Positions 63,368 to 64,000 of a stretch of DNA of 64,000 nt are shown one piece after another. Below the pieces are notes generated by a model. It did no database searches and was not told where the DNA came from. It was given only the letters and a program-made list of their open reading frames with translations. Position numbers and translations under genes: made by a program. Position 1 is the stretch's first letter; every line of letters begins with the position of its first letter. The DNA is taken from assembly GCA_965213705.1 (NCBI GenBank), contig OZ243913.1, forward strand, positions 4,032,001 to 4,096,000, written 5' to 3'. Source of the stretch: Trueperaceae bacterium (lineage in GTDB: Bacteria; Deinococcota; Deinococci; Deinococcales; Trueperaceae).

Positions 63368-64000
63368 TTATACCCTTCTCGAGGCCGTCGGGTTCCAGTC
63401 GTAGCGAACCCCGGTGAGCTGTTCGGACACCTCCCACAGTTTTTTGGCATCCGCTTCGTTTTGTGCGGCTTTGCTCGAGCCTACCTTCTTCGGCTTTCCC
63501 GTCATTTCCATAAAATTGCTGGGGCCGTAACAGTCGCCGCCCTGCGCGTGCGCGTCGGTAGCTGCCCGCAGTATTGGTAGAGCGCCCGCCGCCGCGCTCT
63601 GCATCATGCCGAAGGTATTCATAAACCAAGAGGAAAAGCGCAGTTGGAAGTCGTCTTTGGCATCTCGAGCCAGGTTTGTTTTTGCCCCGCCGGGATGCGC
63701 CGCCACGGCTAACACATCTATATTTGCGGTCTCAAATCGACGCTGCAATTCGTAGGTGAAGAGCAAGTTGGCGAGTTTGGAACGACCATAAGCGGGTAGC
63801 GGCTTAAAACCCTTGCCGCCCTCGTACTGTAGATTGTCAAAATCCATCTTTCCCACCCGGTGTCCGTAACTGCTCACCGTCACCACCCGCGCGCCTGCGG
63901 TGGCTTTTAGAACCTCTAACAGCCATCCCGTCAGGGCGAAATGTCCGAGGTGGTTCACGCCGAACATCTTCTCGAAGCCGTCACTCGTCAACTCGTAGCG
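63368..64000 (-). CDS. Short-chain dehydrogenase/oxidoreductase (5' end beyond window)
   Basis: DGFE..FGVNHLGHF, RVVTVSS, YGRSKLAN, AHPG. Confidence 0.9.
   Translation of the reverse strand, partial: RYELTSDGFEKMFGVNHLGHFALTGWLLEVLKATAGARVVTVSSYGHRVGKMDFDNLQYEGGKGFKPLPAYGRSKLANLLFTYELQRRFETANIDVLAVAAHPGGAKTNLARDAKDDFQLRFSSWFMNTFGMMQSAAAGALPILRAATDAHAQGGDCYGPSNFMEMTGKPKKVGSSKAAQNEADAKKLWEVSEQLTGVRYDWNPTASRRV

Noticed and set aside
40090..64000. Prophage or IS within the putative island
   Set aside because: No integrase, transposase or phage structural gene is recognisable in the window

Overview
GC-rich bacterial chromosome segment, probably Deinococcota (Truepera-like); this is inferred from the Thermus/Deinococcus-type Nuo subunits and a Cys-less FmdB protein. 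1-12.6 kb: minus-strand complex I operon nuoA-L (nuoL runs off the edge), with a RelE-type toxin-antitoxin pair between nuoD and nuoE, a helix-hairpin-helix domain fused to NuoJ, and repeat-filled spacers. 12.8-26.4 kb: housekeeping and transport genes (Nif3-like, tmk, glutaminyl cyclase, Na/Ca antiporter, gpsA, LRR lipoprotein, ABC, MFS, vWA, CMD). 26.5-29.8 kb: low-GC five-gene cassette (amino-MTase, stand-alone ParB-N protein, wHTH, single-domain MutH/Sau3AI-like nuclease, Dam), the best candidate for an undescribed system. 29.8-39.7 kb: GNAT, an ABC importer lacking a permease, copZ-csoR-copA-glutaredoxin and rhamnose genes. 40.0 kb: displaced 3' half of a CAU-anticodon tRNA, a likely island att site. 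40-64 kb: envelope/stress genes, a 1306-aa low-GC SIR2 defence-like gene, VapBC, a frameshifted TerC and a VapC remnant. Five promoters in this right-hand region share an 11-bp-periodic direct-repeat box at a fixed distance from a -10 hexamer. Across the window GATC is strongly depleted and CTCGAG is strongly enriched. All motif counts are by eye and no database searches were run.
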